A DNA stretch of 64,000 bases, from the NCBI GenBank assembly GCA_036172245.1, contig JAYWIR010000031.1, forward strand, positions 682,001 through 746,000. Direction: 5' to 3'. Shown here one piece after another: positions 26,701 through 40,507 of this stretch (the stretch's first letter is position 1; every line of letters begins with the position of its first letter). This stretch comes from Raillietiella orientalis (Eukaryota). The notes under the pieces were generated by a model. It worked only from the letters and a program-made list of their open reading frames with translations, was not told the origin of the DNA and searched no databases. The position numbers were made by a program, and so were the translations under genes.

Positions 26701-29299
26701 CCGAATCCGCAGGATAGAAATTCTGCATCGTCACGCAGAGGGACGAAGGGAGTGCAGGAGTGCAGATCTTGGATCCGACACGCAGACCACGTGATCAGGC
26801 CAGCTTCCGGTGTATCCCATATCGTTTGCCAATTGCTAACCTCATTATTGACAGACCCACAGCCTGCCTTATAAACACAGTTGCATGTACATAAAATGCC
26901 ACCTATCTCCTCAGATACGTGTTCTAGAAGGCTTCAGTAAGTGGTAACGCACAACGGTGTTCTCAAGAGTTATTCGAATGCGGAGGCAGTGAGCTGTCCA
27001 TTCGACCAGTCGTGAAATTGGAGCGACGGCGAATGTCCGGCCGTTTGGACACGTACGAACAACGCATGCAACAGGGCAAGTGGCGGGTCACGAAACGGGA
27101 GTTAGGGAACCGGAGTGAATTTGGAGCTAATTTTCAGGTGTCCCCATTCAGTTCGCTCATGGGACTGGATCACACAAACACTGCTAAGAGATTAGGCAGT
27201 CGCTCCGAAGGAAACTTTAGTCGCCACGTGCTCCTATCCTTCTAGGGATTTTAGAGAACCTAACAAGCCCAAACCTCTATTTTTTGCATCTCTGTTTCCT
27301 TTTGGCCCTTTCATCTTTCCACTTGACCTCCATGTACATAATAACATTATACAGGCTTTGTATGCAGTTTCAATTCTGAATTTTTCGCACCGAGTTCTCT
27401 GTATGGCTGTTTTCGTTGCTGCGTGTTTTAAAGAGTTCCATTTTTCTTTTTTTCTTTTTCTTTTTTCTCTATTAGTGCTAAGCGAAAAGCAGATGGAGGA
27501 ATACATTGTCTCTGCAGCTACGACATTCCTCCCGGAATGTTGTGCATCTCTCGTGATAAGGTTGCCTTAGGAGTGAAGTTTCCAAACTTATTTCCCCGAT
27601 GCAGGAAACGATGAATGATTTTTTGTTGATTTCTTATCAGAATCATCCCGAAGGATTTTGCTGAGATGCATGATTTACCATATGCAGAAGTTTCAGTGTT
27701 TATATGAGTTTCACGATGGTATACCACACACAAGTGGATCGAGTTGCTAAAAGCATATACCAATGGGAACTTAATCGAGAGTGTACAAGAGTTCCACGAA
27801 AAATGCTAATAGTATTTTCGCATATTGAAAGGGACTTATTACAGCATCTAATTGTCCCTTGCTAAAGAGAACACCTTTCTTTTTGGATGAAAATCATTTC
27901 TCCAACTATCTTCAGAAATGCTTCTTGCATCGATGGGGTTTGTGATCTCCGTGCTTCTTAGGTGGCATTACAGAAAGATTGCATGTTTTCCAGAGTCAAG
28001 TCACATGCAGTCCTATTGCAAGTGGAAACTCAACGCATCTTTAGAATATGAATAAGTGGATTCTCTATAAACAAAATGTTTGGAGGAAATGTAGTTCTCT
28101 CCACATTCTGCTCTTAAGAGTGTTGATCTTTCGAGTCGGGATGAAGAAGCTATCTTGTTAGAGTGCCTCGATTCTTCCTGTGTCTGTAGCTTTTTCACGT
28201 TTCTATCTTTTTTTCCTTCCTGGACTGCTGGTTACTGGAACTCCCCTTCCATTTTTTTCGATCCTTAGCAAGACCATATTCCATTTGGGGGAACCCGGTC
28301 CTGTTAAGCGCATTCGTTTCCCACCGTTTGGAAAATACGTCGGTGAGTTCAAGGAAGCAAAGGAAGGAGCTGCGTTTTCCCTACGTTGACCACTTTCTCG
28401 GCGTTCAGCGGACTTTGTGTGAAGAAACACGAAAAGTTAAAACGGATCCACGAAGGCGGACGAAAGCAATCGCCATAACAGTCTCTCCGAATTCTTAGCC
28501 GGTCGCATCTTTCTCTGTCAGATGGGTGAGCTGAAACCGATCCAGCAAGCTGGAACCTTCAGACGAATTGCAACCAGCATTTATGTTTCGCAGACAGTTT
28601 AGTAACGGCCTTTCGGATTTGCAACTTCGCAAGTCTTCTTGCATTGCCTTCTCTTCTGTAAATAAGGAAGTTTTAAAAAAAAAGAATCGCTTAATTGCTG
28701 TGAGTTTACGTTTCCTGCAAAATTCATCCATCGGTTCTCATAGGCAGAAAAATTCATCAGCATGAAATGCGCTGCTGTGATGAGTATAAAAAACTTCCGA
28801 ATCCGAGATCCGAAACGATTGGAATTGAAATTTGATTTTTCGGTTATCGAACTTGAAAAATGAGGGAGTCTCGAACAAACTTGCAAGTCAGCAAGTCCGT
28901 AGCATCGCCGGTCGATGAATGATTAACCCATAGTATTTCTCCTTCCCAAGGACTGCTTCCTTCGTAGGAATTACAATAAGAAGAGCATTAACTAAAAGAA
29001 ACGATAGTGCTCATACCAAAAAGGACCGTTCCTTCGTCCGCTCCCGTTGGAACTCGGTCCATTTTTTTCTTAATTCAAAGCCACGTTCCAAAAACTGCTG
29101 CTCTTCTCTTGCTCGACCAAAAGCAGGCGCTGCTATCGAACGTTCTCGAGCATAGCATAGCAAAAAAACTCTTAGAACTCTAAATGAACTCTCAATTGGG
29201 CACCTGGGCTTATGTGATATACCACGGGTACGGAAGTGACCGCAGCGGTAACTCCTGAGGATGTCTAGCGGGACGAGCATTTGTCTGTATCTGTCCTAC

Positions 29300-29520
29300 T
29301 GTCTTCTCCGTCTGCCTGTCTGATTCCAAGGAATCCATGTTGAAAGTAGCGTCGATGACTGCAAACTGCAAAGTATCAGACAAGTCTTGAAGTTGAGCCT
29401 GCCGGCTACCCGATTTCCCAGAAGAACTTGTTCCGAGGCTGTTGAAATCTGGAGAGAACAAAGGTTCCCGACTAAGACTAAAGGCATATCGCACGTGCAG
29501 ACTTACTCTTCTCCAGCACC
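29300..29520 (-). mobile_element. Mutator-like/Kolobok-type transposase remnant (C-terminus)
   Basis: DFNSL...LQFAVIDATFN (ESFNSL...AVxDAxxxFN). Confidence 0.4.
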
Positions 29521-30449
29521 TCACATTCCTCAAATTACTCTTCGATGGTCCCTATCTCACAGATGGGGACTAGTTTGAAACGCTGCCTAAAGCCAACCAA
29601 CCAACTACGCGGATGGGCGTCCTCTTCAGATTGTGCGATGTCAAGTCGATAGCCCCGCGCGTGCCACTTACTAGTAGCTGAGTTTTCGCTAATTACTTAC
29701 AGATGCCCTTAGGACCCTTTCTCATGACGTTCCATCGGACATTTCTCACCACGACTCCGAGGTAGCAGCCAAGAAGAACCGAATGTACTGTGACTTCGTC
29801 TTTGGATTCTGCTTAGCTCGGAAAGAACAGCTGAGACTCAGAGGCTACCTCATTCCAGAACTGTCTTTGCCATGCTGCACCTTTGAACCTGATCTAATAA
29901 TTTCTGACGTTTAAAAGAACACCATCTTTCAAGGGAACATTGTTTGCTACGTGTCGGAGGATCTCCGGACCAGTGCACCATTGAACTCTTTACCGGAAGT
30001 ACTTTGGATGACTAGATTGCTTCCTTGCTCCTGTACATGTGCTTTCTCTCAAAATAAATTAGTTCAATGCATCGAGGAGGAAGCAGATCTTCACGTTTTT
30101 TCTGGCTATTCTGATCCTACAAGTGCTTAGGAAGATTCAAAGCTGAAGAAAGGCAAAAGTGGACAGGCTATTCGTTTCGTCGCTAACGAAGTGCCTGAAT
30201 CATCACGAGAACTTTTCGTGGGATCTTCGGAAACCTGGAGAACAGCAAGGAACGTGTTCCAGGAGCCAGGCGAAGCGACCCAGGAAAGAGAGAGTATGTT
30301 CAAGCAACCATCACTCGCGAGGCATATACTGGAAGAACCAGTCGGGTAACCGGCGGTGATGGACATCTCCTAGGGAATGATAGCCTCCACCTAATGTCCA
30401 GATGGAAAGAATGGCCACATACATGAGGAGATGGTGGAAAAATCCATAC

Positions 30450-30710
30450 CGCCGCTTGTTTATATTCCACCCCCCACACCCATTAACAAGCATTGTAAAA
30501 ATCAATTGTGAATAATAATATGGCAGCAGGCTTGTGTTCCAGAAATCCAAGGGCAAGGTCATGGACTGCCTCCAGTAGAGAGCAGACTGCGGCAGTTGTC
30601 AAAATTATCTGCTCCAACGTGACATCAGCAGGATGGAATGCCCGTGGTTTCTTTAGATTGCAAAGATGAGACCAAGTACTCCTCCTCCTCTGGAACACCA
30701 AGAATACCAA
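30450..30710 (-). mobile_element. Non-LTR reverse transcriptase remnant
   Basis: RAFHPADVTLEQI...KPAAILLFTIDFYNA resembles QxGFRPxxSTxxQI...K...LDFxxAF. Confidence 0.4.
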
Positions 30711-33700
30711 GCATCGCCTCCTATACTTGAACCCATTATTTACCTATTGAACGTATAGTAGAAAACAGAACTTTGAGATCTGTGGGTGCGAACCTTTGCT
30801 CCAAAGCACAAGTCAGAGCTCTATCCCTGGATGAAGGCTCTCTTCGAACGCTTCGTTGCTTCCGCGCAGCTTGCTCAGAGGTGACTTGACACTTTTGCTA
30901 TCTCAGTTTGCCTCAGGCAAGATTGGTCTCATTCTCGATTCTTGACCGTTCCATCTATACTTTTAAAAGACACAACAAACTTGCCTGAGTTTCCTTGCAG
31001 AACGATATCATGGACCACCTGCTTTACCTTATCTTTTGCCACCGAGGTGATGACAGGCTTGTAAGAAAGTGATACTATCGGGCGATCGCCCTTGCAATTT
31101 TAGAGTTGCTCTTAATAAGTCGACTTGATACAAAATCAGACGGTGGTCAGGAGAATTTAGTATCATTATGCATTCATATTTATTATTTCATTAATCTTCC
31201 AGTTCACCCCTTAACAAGACTTTCCCCTCATCGAATCCAATTGCGGGATTTATCGTTACGGTGATGTCCCAGAAGAAAACTTCATTTTTTATTAGAATTC
31301 AGGAACACTGATCGCAAGATGCGAGTCCTCCAAAATTCCTAGTTATCTCTGAGGCTGTCAATCGGAAGAGAGATCGAAAATTGCAGGCGGATTCAGTACT
31401 AGAGCGCAAGTTTCGACGATGCTTTGAAAGGACCCTTTTTAAAAGATTGAGTGGACTCTGGCATAACCGAACTTGCAAGAAGAAGGCGATCGCGGATCCA
31501 GGAAAGTCGTGCCACATTAGACAGAAGATGCCTTTCGAGTGATTCGATCCCTGAAAGCGATCCTTAGAAACGGAAATTCCGGCGCTCGCCTCACCAGATC
31601 TTTTTGATCCAGACGTGTACTTGAGATCCCGAGAGACTGCTTCACCACAGATGAATTAGCCGCTAAGGCTTGTCAAGCGGATGCTTGCTCACGGATGATA
31701 ATAGGAGTTGCTAAGTGAAACCATGTTCTTCTCCAGGATGGCTCGTGTAAGAGCTGCTTTCTCATGTAATTCGCGCATCGAATTGCAATGTCACAGCGTA
31801 ATCAAGTGCAAGTTGTTGCATTAGTTCTCAGCATGGTCAATCTTTTTTTTTTTTTTCTTCCGCAGAATTCGAACGATTCATCAGCCACATGAGGCCACAG
31901 TGGAAACGTTTTCGAGTTTATTCCCGTAAACAACTTCGAGCTGCAAACTGCAGCTCCAACTCAGTATGAGGGTATTTCCAGGTACCTCTTTAAGGGTTCA
32001 AACGGACGAACGCGGACTAGGCTGAAGCTTCCTTAAGTCAGATGTCACTAGAAGGATCATATGGGAAAGTTCCTGCCCATTTCGTAGGAAAGTCATTGCT
32101 CTTCAGAACCGGAAGCTTGAGGAAAAATTCGCGCGATTCAGATTTTCTGGCGAAATCGCTCGATACTTTTGTCAGAATAACTTTCAGACTCCCCTGCTGT
32201 CGCGGTGATGGACACCAGAGGAAATGAGGCTGTAATTCTTTGAAAAATGAAGAATCTCGATTTTTAGAAAGAAGGGAGAGAAAGAGAAAGGATGTATTTG
32301 CATGACTTTCGTAAGAGATTCTCTTGCGAGAAAATTAACAGTCGCTATCAGTTATGATAGAGATGTTGGAGGCATGAGAGACTGAAAGATGATCTAGAAT
32401 GTGCTTTACCTTCCAGTTGGGCAGGAATAATCCTTGTAGGGCCAAGAATGCCCCCCCCCCCCCTTTAGAAAAAAAAAACCATCATTTTTCAGACATCATT
32501 GCAAACAGTCAAAAGAAACCCATCTCCTCCCAGACCGCCAGCACGCGAACGCGTAGATGTCCGTTGTATGTTCAGTAGGCGCAAGACAAACAACCAGTGC
32601 CACTGAGTCTGTAGAAGGTATTTTATCTAGTGCCTCTCCACGAGAAATCTCCATTCAGAAACTAAAACTGGTGCTTCTTGACCATTTCTTTGGCAATTGC
32701 TATTGAACTGATAGATGTCGAACTAGTGGACGTCTGCATGACAGTTGTCAGCACAGGAGGGATTCCTCTGGTCGTACACAAGATACGTCTGCGGATGTCA
32801 AAAACTATCGTACCCAGGTTGTTCTAAAAGTGTGGCGTCGTTCTTAGTGAGATGAAATTCCTCTGGTAGCCCTATTTTCTTGCTTAAGGCATGAAGGATC
32901 CACTCCTTGTGAGAAAGCAAATGAACAACCAAGAAGATCGGAAGAATTTGTAAAGCAAAGCATCTCTCGATTTCATAATTTTCTGGAAAGAAAGAACCTT
33001 TGAATGAAGATGTTATGCTATTTAATTAAAAGTTCATGAGTATTTCTCCACCCTACTTTTTCCCGCAAAAGTAATCGTATTGGCGGAATTTCAGACCTTG
33101 GATTAACTGATTTTTGTGTGAGAACGACAGTATGGTTCAAAAACCGAAATCGAAATTTGTGCTTCCTTGATTTGCTCCAAGATTTGAAGTCAGGATTTCA
33201 TAAGCAGCAGGTGGACCAGAAATCTAAAAAGAAATGCCACGATGGACTGCGCATAAGGGAAGAGTTTTCTCAGAAAGCATAAAAGCGTTTAAAGAAAAAA
33301 AAAAAGAACGGGGCACTGCATTCATTCCGTAGGGTGTTCCGAAATAAAAAAAAAAAAAAAAAAAAAAAGAGTAATGTTCAAAATAATTCTAAAAAATGCT
33401 AAATTTGTGGGATCTGTGCCTTTCGCTCGATATGCACGCACATTCCGTTTTCAGTCAACGCATATCATGGAGCTAACTCAAGCCATCATCCGACTGGAGG
33501 CAAGAGTTATGCACATTTAATTGGTCCTCGAAAGCAGCAAATCCAGCTTCCACCTGAACTTCCGTGCTTCGTTTGCATCCAAGATCTGTTGTTCCGTGCT
33601 CCAGCCGCTAGTTTTCGCTCTTTTGATATCCAGAGCTGGTGATGGACAATTTGAGCTTACGCACATCGAGTCGATCGACATCTGCAGGAACACGACTGCT

Positions 33701-36339
33701 CATTTACTCTTCATTTAAATCAAAGTGCCGCAAGATCAGCGTCGTTCTTCACATTAGATGCGAATTATACCAATGAATTATACCAAGCTTATGACTAACT
33801 GATTCCGAACGGGTACATTTGATGAGATCTCACTAGTGCTCCGATAGAACTGGGAAGATGCTTCAAACCAGCTTTGTTTCCCCGCATTTCCGCGCATCGA
33901 AAATTCTTCCTGATTTCATAGGGAACTGTGCATTCCGTAGGTCGCACCATGCTCTCGCGCTTGCTTTCCTTCATTCTAAGATTCTGCTATCGATCTGAGT
34001 TCCTTCCTCGGCTCAGCCGCAGCAATTGATAAAATACTTAATGAGCAGTATCGAGAAGCAAGCCCTGTTTGCTTTCTTTAAAATCCTCCATCCACCAGGA
34101 TGAATTTTTCCTTTCTCGACTGGCATTCTCTGAAGCTGATAGCACGTCCGGCACTCACGTGAAATTTGCCCAGATGAGAATGGATGGTGGATAATTGAGT
34201 TTTAATTCTCCTTCTCGTCGGAATACGTTTTCTCATCTCGGCTTGGGACTCGCTTGTCTCAAAAAAAAAAAAATTCAGTTAGTTAGCAGCTTAACTTCCT
34301 TACCTTCATTACGCGTAGAGGATTAGATATTGCATTAGCTAGACACTGAACTTCAGAGCTGTGCATTCCTTCAAAACACGGACTTGCTCTCAAGAAGTTC
34401 TGCGAGTCGAGAAACATCCGAAGCTTTTCTCAAAATTGGCACGCGGTACTTCATCGCAGGAGCGGATTCTCTTGAATGCACAGAATGTTTGACAGTTCAG
34501 CCGTTTCAGAAGTGGCACGTGAAGGAACCTCAACCTTGGGAATCGAGCACCATAGGTTGAACGTATACCTCGGCAGTTTCGATTCCCGGAAGTCCGAAAT
34601 GGAAGATGCCATGCTGGCCTATGGGACTTTGGGAGAACGGGACAGAAAAAGTGCAACGCCACGTGCCTTTTATCTGAGACGCGGCTATTAACATGTACTC
34701 ATAAAAATCAATGAAATTTATATAAAGGTGTTGCAGAAAGACGTAGAGCGAAATTTTCGAAAACACCTTTCCATGTGACTGAATTGTTTCATTTTTTGTT
34801 TATTTTTTTGGTTATGCGGTGGAGTTGGCGGGGCTGCAGACCATCCAGCCGTTTTCCTTAGCCAGGGTGGCCACATTTCTTAGCTACGAGTTTTGCACAT
34901 GCAATTTTTCTCAAATTCGTATAACAATCGTGGTACTTTTGTCTCCAGAAGCTGGACATTTTTCTTGCTCACATTTCCAAATCCATCTTTCCAGCGTTCC
35001 AGTATCTTCGAAAAGAATGTGAAACATTGGGTGTGGGGCAACAGACAAATGAAATTTAAATAAAATGGAGTAATTCCGTGAAAATACTCACACAGTTCTT
35101 GGAAAGTTGCGAATCTCAGTGTTCCGTGGAGGACTCTTTGGGTAGAAGCATTTGTGTAAATGGTACTTTGGAAATCAGGAAGGCTTCATTGGCCCTTCAA
35201 AGGTGTAAGGAGAAAATTGCGAGCTCTCCAAATGACTCTGTTGTTAAAACTCTACTGTTCCATAAGGAACAACTCGGAAATCGGAAGGAAACAATTGTGC
35301 AAAATATCGGGATTGCCATAAACAAGAGCAAACCAGCTAAGAGTTCATATTTGGGGTGTCTGGTTTCATGATTTTGCTCTGGAATCGAAAGGCATCCCTC
35401 TTTGAGGACTGTTTGCTCAACAGATCAACCTGTAATTTGAGGATTCGTCTTGCAAAGTTTGCCGGTCGATTCGTATCTTGCTGTCGCGTCTTTGATTTTG
35501 CTCCAGCTGAATACCCATGTCGGAAATTCTCTTCAACACCCCAACTTGAGCTGCAGATGTTGCACTAGAATTTTTTGACTTTACGTCTAGCGATATCTTG
35601 GTAATTCACAAGATTCAGCTTGATGCTCAGTTCCTTTTTGTGTGTTTTTCCGGCCGCAGCAGCAACACTGTGTTGTACCGTCGTCGGCTCATCCCCGATG
35701 TCTTCGGCTCAACTCCAGGTCGATGGATAGCCTCCGGAGCTTCCTCGCAGCTCGGGGAGACATCACTTGTTCGAGGGCTGGACTGACAGCCCTTCGGGAC
35801 ATTCCTCAGCTGCCGCCAACCTCGCCCGTCGTCCTTGGCTCCGCTCTCGCCTCACCTGGAAACATTAATTCCATATTAAGTTCCTTAACATAGAATTAGT
35901 TGAACTGAATGCTCTTCGGAGAGAGTGATGGACGCATTGCCGCTTGCGAGTAAAAGTTTTCAGGGTCTCCTACATCCTGAAGTGCATTATCTAAGAGCTT
36001 TGATCAATCACTAGAGGATAGAGGGTAAAGAATCTGGTTGCCACTATGGTGTGTTGCTTTCAAAGACACATGTTAATTTCAGATTGCACGTCAACGTGAT
36101 TTCAGAAATTCCCACAGTGAATGGAGATCATTTTCAGAAGTGTAAATTCACGCAGAAACGGGAGGTCTTAAGCCAGCTTTATCGTAAAGATTCCCTTTCC
36201 ATCTCTAGCCTCATACTGCTGTTTTATAATTGTGTCTTAGTAAGCGTAGCTATTCAACTGCTGCTTCAGCTCTCCCCTTCCATCAAAAATTTTTGCATCC
36301 TGTCGTCCAGCCGTTGACCCAATCGATGCGTCCAATAAA

Positions 36340-37215
36340 TGCCTCGACTGTGACTGATACAGGCTACAACCATTAGCTCCATCATCTTCCAGCAGATCTG
36401 GGAATGCTAAGATCTCGAAGGACTCCATCACTTTTGGGGTCCCGTGCTCCAAGCGATCCTACAGCTATGGCATGAACTTTCAATTGGAAACCTCTCTGTG
36501 CTAGTTGGGAGGCAATCTCTTGATATTTTTCTTCTTCTTCTTGTAATCTTGCATTATAAAAAGCCTCCTCTCTGTTTTCAAAAGAGCATATGACGTCTAT
36601 AATTGTCATTCTGTTTCCTTTTGACAAGACGAGGCGTGGTCTAAGTGTCAATTCAATGTCCAGTGCACGTTGGTTGTTCGCGACTACGTTCCATCCACTG
36701 CAGTTGATGCAACCTCGTTCTTCAGTTGTTTCACTCTTGCATCATGCCTAACTGTGTAGATGGTCGAATGCCTCATGCAATGATTCCATATGTATGTCAG
36801 AGTTTCTTCCCATGATAAACAGCTACGGCATGAACGTTCCTCTTCCCTCCGGCGTGGTACTCCTCGAATGGGAATTATGTTTAGTCTTGATATAATCTCT
36901 TGAATCTATGAAGTAACCAGAAACTCGATGGAGCCCACAGCACTTCATGGCTTTCCCTTGGTCAGGATGGCTTGTTCACTCTGGGCAGCTCTAATGGTAG
37001 AGGCTAGCTTATTTCTCATGATAGCGTCGAACACCGTCTCCCCAATGCGTATTCTCGGGACACCCCCATCAAACTCCCATGTGGCACCTATCCCTCTGGA
37101 GGCTTGTCTGCCTATCAACCGGATACTTCTGATATCTCCGCTTGCCTTGGATGAGAATAAGGTCCAATCAGAAATGGTGAAGGAGAAAAGTGAAGTCAGC
37201 ATACGGAATCTGTGA
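36340..37215 (-). mobile_element. NeSL/Utopia-type RLE LINE, C-terminal fragment (CCHC finger and restriction-like endonuclease)
   Basis: NIIPIRG...CRSCLSWEETLTHIWNHC...RHD, then LRPRLVL..IIDVICSFENREEAFYNAR...KY...VGSLGARDP. Confidence 0.85.
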
Positions 37216-38449
37216 GAGGCCGATTCCGAAATTCAAACCGAAATGAATGCAAATAGACTCTCGGACAAACAGAGTTCCTCTTGGATAGAACAAAATGGGC
37301 GGAGTTTTTCCAAAGGGTGGTGCGGCCAAGCGCTTTCGAACCTAAGCGCGCTTTACCACGGAAGGAATCTTAGCACACCGAATAGATGATCTGCAATCCT
37401 TCTACGAGAAGAGACTCTCATTGAGGCAGCGAGCCATAATAATAGCTATAAGAATGACAGTAAGATACTTGCAGCGAAAATGCTGCATGTATCTTCTGGA
37501 ATGAGATTTCACGAACTTCATACTCAACCTGCTTGTTTCTAATCCAATTCCGTAGAAAAGAGCCACTGCCTGATTCGGAGATCAGAGCTCGCGTTTATCA
37601 GTTTCAGCATCCACGTGAATGTTCAGGCGGTGCTTTGATTGCAACTCGGACCTTTACTTCCCCAGTTTCTGTCTTTAAGAGGTCTCTTGGACTAAATGAC
37701 TTTCTTCTCAGAAGTCTGAAGCTTTTGTCCAAATCAGAGTGAATACCGACTAGCTAAATTCTGACTTTGGAGGATTAAGGGGATGCTGGGACTTCCTATG
37801 AGGGGATCCAAGTAACCAGTCATGTTTTGGTGCGATTTCTCAAACTACATGGGCTTCACTGCAAGATTTCTCCCCTAACAGCAGCAGCATCGATAGTCGT
37901 CGACTTCAGCAAACTCACATCAACCCTGAAATGGAATGCTTCGTCTTCAAACCTGCATCCTGAGAAGAAACGCATCTTTTTCTGCCGTAAACATTTCTTG
38001 CTCTTGTGTTACTGAACTGGGCATAGTTTCTTAGATGATTGGAGGGAGCTTTGACAGAGACAGTCTCGATTCCCCCGTGCAGCCCTCTCCCAGTAAATCC
38101 AACAGTGATCTTGAAGACACATCTAAAAAAAAAATCTCACTCAGGACCTGTCGGTACAGAATAAACAGGATGTTCTCAACCGCGACGCAGAGAAGGCACT
38201 TTCATCCAGATACTTTCATTCATTTCCCGTAACAATTTTGCTACGGTTTCAGGTTAGCACCGTCGTTCCTTCCAATGAACTCGAAGGCGCAGTTTCTAAA
38301 GGAGAATTCTGCAGGCGATGTTAACCACCAGCACTTCTGATGATTTGAAGAGCATGTCCAGAAAATATACTGGATGTGCATCCTGGTTTTCTTTTTTCTT
38401 TTATTTCCTGGTCCGCTGAGTGCTTAAAGAACCTCATGAGCCTCCAGGC

Positions 38450-38935
38450 TAACGGCGGTTCTTTAGCCACCAGAATGTCCGTGTCCACTGTCCTTTTCCG
38501 TTACTCTTGAGAGGGAATCCTAGACCCAGTTTGTCTCTCGAGGAATCCTCGAAGTGAACCTCTTCCCTATCCTCTCCGGAGAGACCATTCCTTATTTCTT
38601 TTCCATAGGGAAACTGGAAAGAATCCTCTCGGGGAATTTCTTCCCCGGAGGAAGCCCGCAAGGGAACCGTTCCATGTTGGTTCTCCTCCGAAGGGAAACC
38701 CAAAGGGACGCTTCCCAATCTCTGAAGGGTCGCACCCCGAATGGAGCAGTGCACTTCACACTCTGGAGAGGTCCCGACCAGCTCCCTGGTACCCGATGGA
38801 GAATCTTAACCCCTAGGGGAGGGACGCTTCCCTTTTCACAACCGGAGGGGAACCTCGGAGGGAACTGCCTCCTTAATCCTTTGAAGAACCCAGAGGATCA
38901 ACTTCAAATCCACGCCAGTCGTTGGAGGCATCTGC
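38450..38935 (-). mobile_element. Tx1-like family 5' block fragment
   Basis: GFPSEE...VPL..SSGEEIPREDSF, homologous to 13850-14200 and 43440-43800. Confidence 0.6.
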
Positions 38936-39499
38936 GACACCTGAACCCAGCAGCAGAAGAACGCACTTCACTTGGAACTTGGACAATTTCGCCCCGGCTC
39001 ACGGACTCAATGCTGGCATCGCTTCTGGTTGTGAATGTAAGCTGGTATCTGACCATCTTGAAACCTCTGACTTATGAAATAAGCATGCAAAGAAGGATGC
39101 ATCCTCTTAGTTAGGAAAGACTCGAGAGTCCTCCTGGAAGCAAAGTGGCATCTTCGAGCCACGCAGATCTCCGGAAAATTGCGTGACTCGAAGGTGAGCT
39201 TCATGGGAAAACTGAGTAGAGTGCTCATCCTTGTCTCTCCTCGTCAATCCTATCCTTCTTTCCTTGTAAGGCACAAGCGGCGTGCTTCCCTTTGGAGACT
39301 CAGACCTCAGCCGCCTCGTGAAATCATCAGTAGGAAAATCTCATGCAATTTCCGCTTCTGACTCTCTTTCTGCAACGCTGGTGAAATCCAGAAACCTCCG
39401 AACTTCCCCGTTTACTGACCGGAATTGGAAGTTCACTCTCCGGGCTCCCCTCCAGGAGCCGCGGTCTCATCAACTGCAAGATCCCTACATACTTGGGAT

Positions 39500-39998
39500 G
39501 GGGTAACTTGTTAATTTGCAACTTACGTCCAGTCAGACAAGTGGTAGCCGGTTCTGAGCTTGCACTATCTGTTGTATCTTCCGAGAAGAAACCTGCCGGG
39601 AACCGGCAGGCAGGCCAGTGGGTTTGCCTCTCCAGCACAGGGGAAGGGGAGACAAACAAAAAGAAAAAAATAAAATAAAACATACACTCAAAAAAACGGG
39701 GGGTTCGGGAAGGGATCACCGTGTGCTAGAGCACCCTCCAGCTGAATACCCTTGAGGAAGCTGCATCCTTGTAAGGATTCCGGCAAGTCCCTGTTTTATG
39801 GTTCCCAGATGGGGCCATCTTGTCGCTGCCCTCATGACGAGGATAGCAGAACAAATGGCGTCCCTGTCGTTCTGGCCTCCTTAGGCGCTCTTCCATGCAG
39901 CCACGATCCCACCTCGTGGGCAGCAGCATTCTGCTGCCCACGAGGCTGCTAGGGACGCGGCCGGCGTGAGGGCGTCGCGCAGGAAGAGGCGCTTTAAA
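39500..39998 (-). mobile_element. 3' half of the Tx1-like element split by the bacterial insert
   Basis: Colinear with the uninterrupted copy at ~47940-48313, up to aggaagaggcgctttaaa. Confidence 0.8.
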
Positions 39999-40015
39999 AT
40001 TTTATATGCAAACCT

Positions 40016-40231
40016 TTTGCATATAAAATTCCCTCTTCAGCTCTGAACTTAAGTGATGAGGGTTTTCTTGGGATAAAGACTGTTGATGACGATGGTTATG
40101 TAGTATTTATACCAGTAGAAATTGTTGATCATGAGAGCCATGGGACTTGGGTGGTAGCACATACCGAAGATAAACCTAGAAAATTGATAGTGCTAGACCA
40201 CTTATTTGTTAAACCTGGTGATAAGGTTTAG
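40016..40231 (+). pseudogene. RND efflux periplasmic adaptor (MFP) subunit, 3' fragment
   Basis: Start-less frame absent from the ORF track: FAYKIPSSALNLSDEGFLGIKTVDDDGYVVFIPVEIVDHESHGTWV...LFVKPGDKV*, typical of alphaproteobacterial MFP C-termini. Confidence 0.75.
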
Positions 40232-40455
40232 TTTGCGTAGACTTCGGTTGTCCAAGATGTAGCGGTTAAGCGGACCTACTCCAACAAGTACCTTAGCCAG
40301 TGTTTTCTGTACTGCATGGCAGTATGTAGGAGTTGCTGTATAGCTTTTTCAACATAGCAAAGATGTGCTCTTAAAGTGCAGTCGTGCAGCAGAACACAGG
40401 CAAAATTGCTATAGCTAACTTTATTGCGGTATTGTAATTTGGTTACATAATAGAC

Positions 40456-40490
40456 GATGTCATCCAAGTAGCCGACACTGGGATGACATC
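40456..40490. repeat. Wolbachia palindromic repeat
   Basis: gatgtcatccaagtagccgacactgggatgacatc hairpin, matching the TGTCATCCxAGT...ACTGGGATGACA repeat type. Confidence 0.8.
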
Positions 40491-40507
40491 CTTCTGGCAG
40501 GCTCAAA

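Noticed and set aside
26950..27100. Possible MULE RTNN motif
   Set aside because: Only one short motif.
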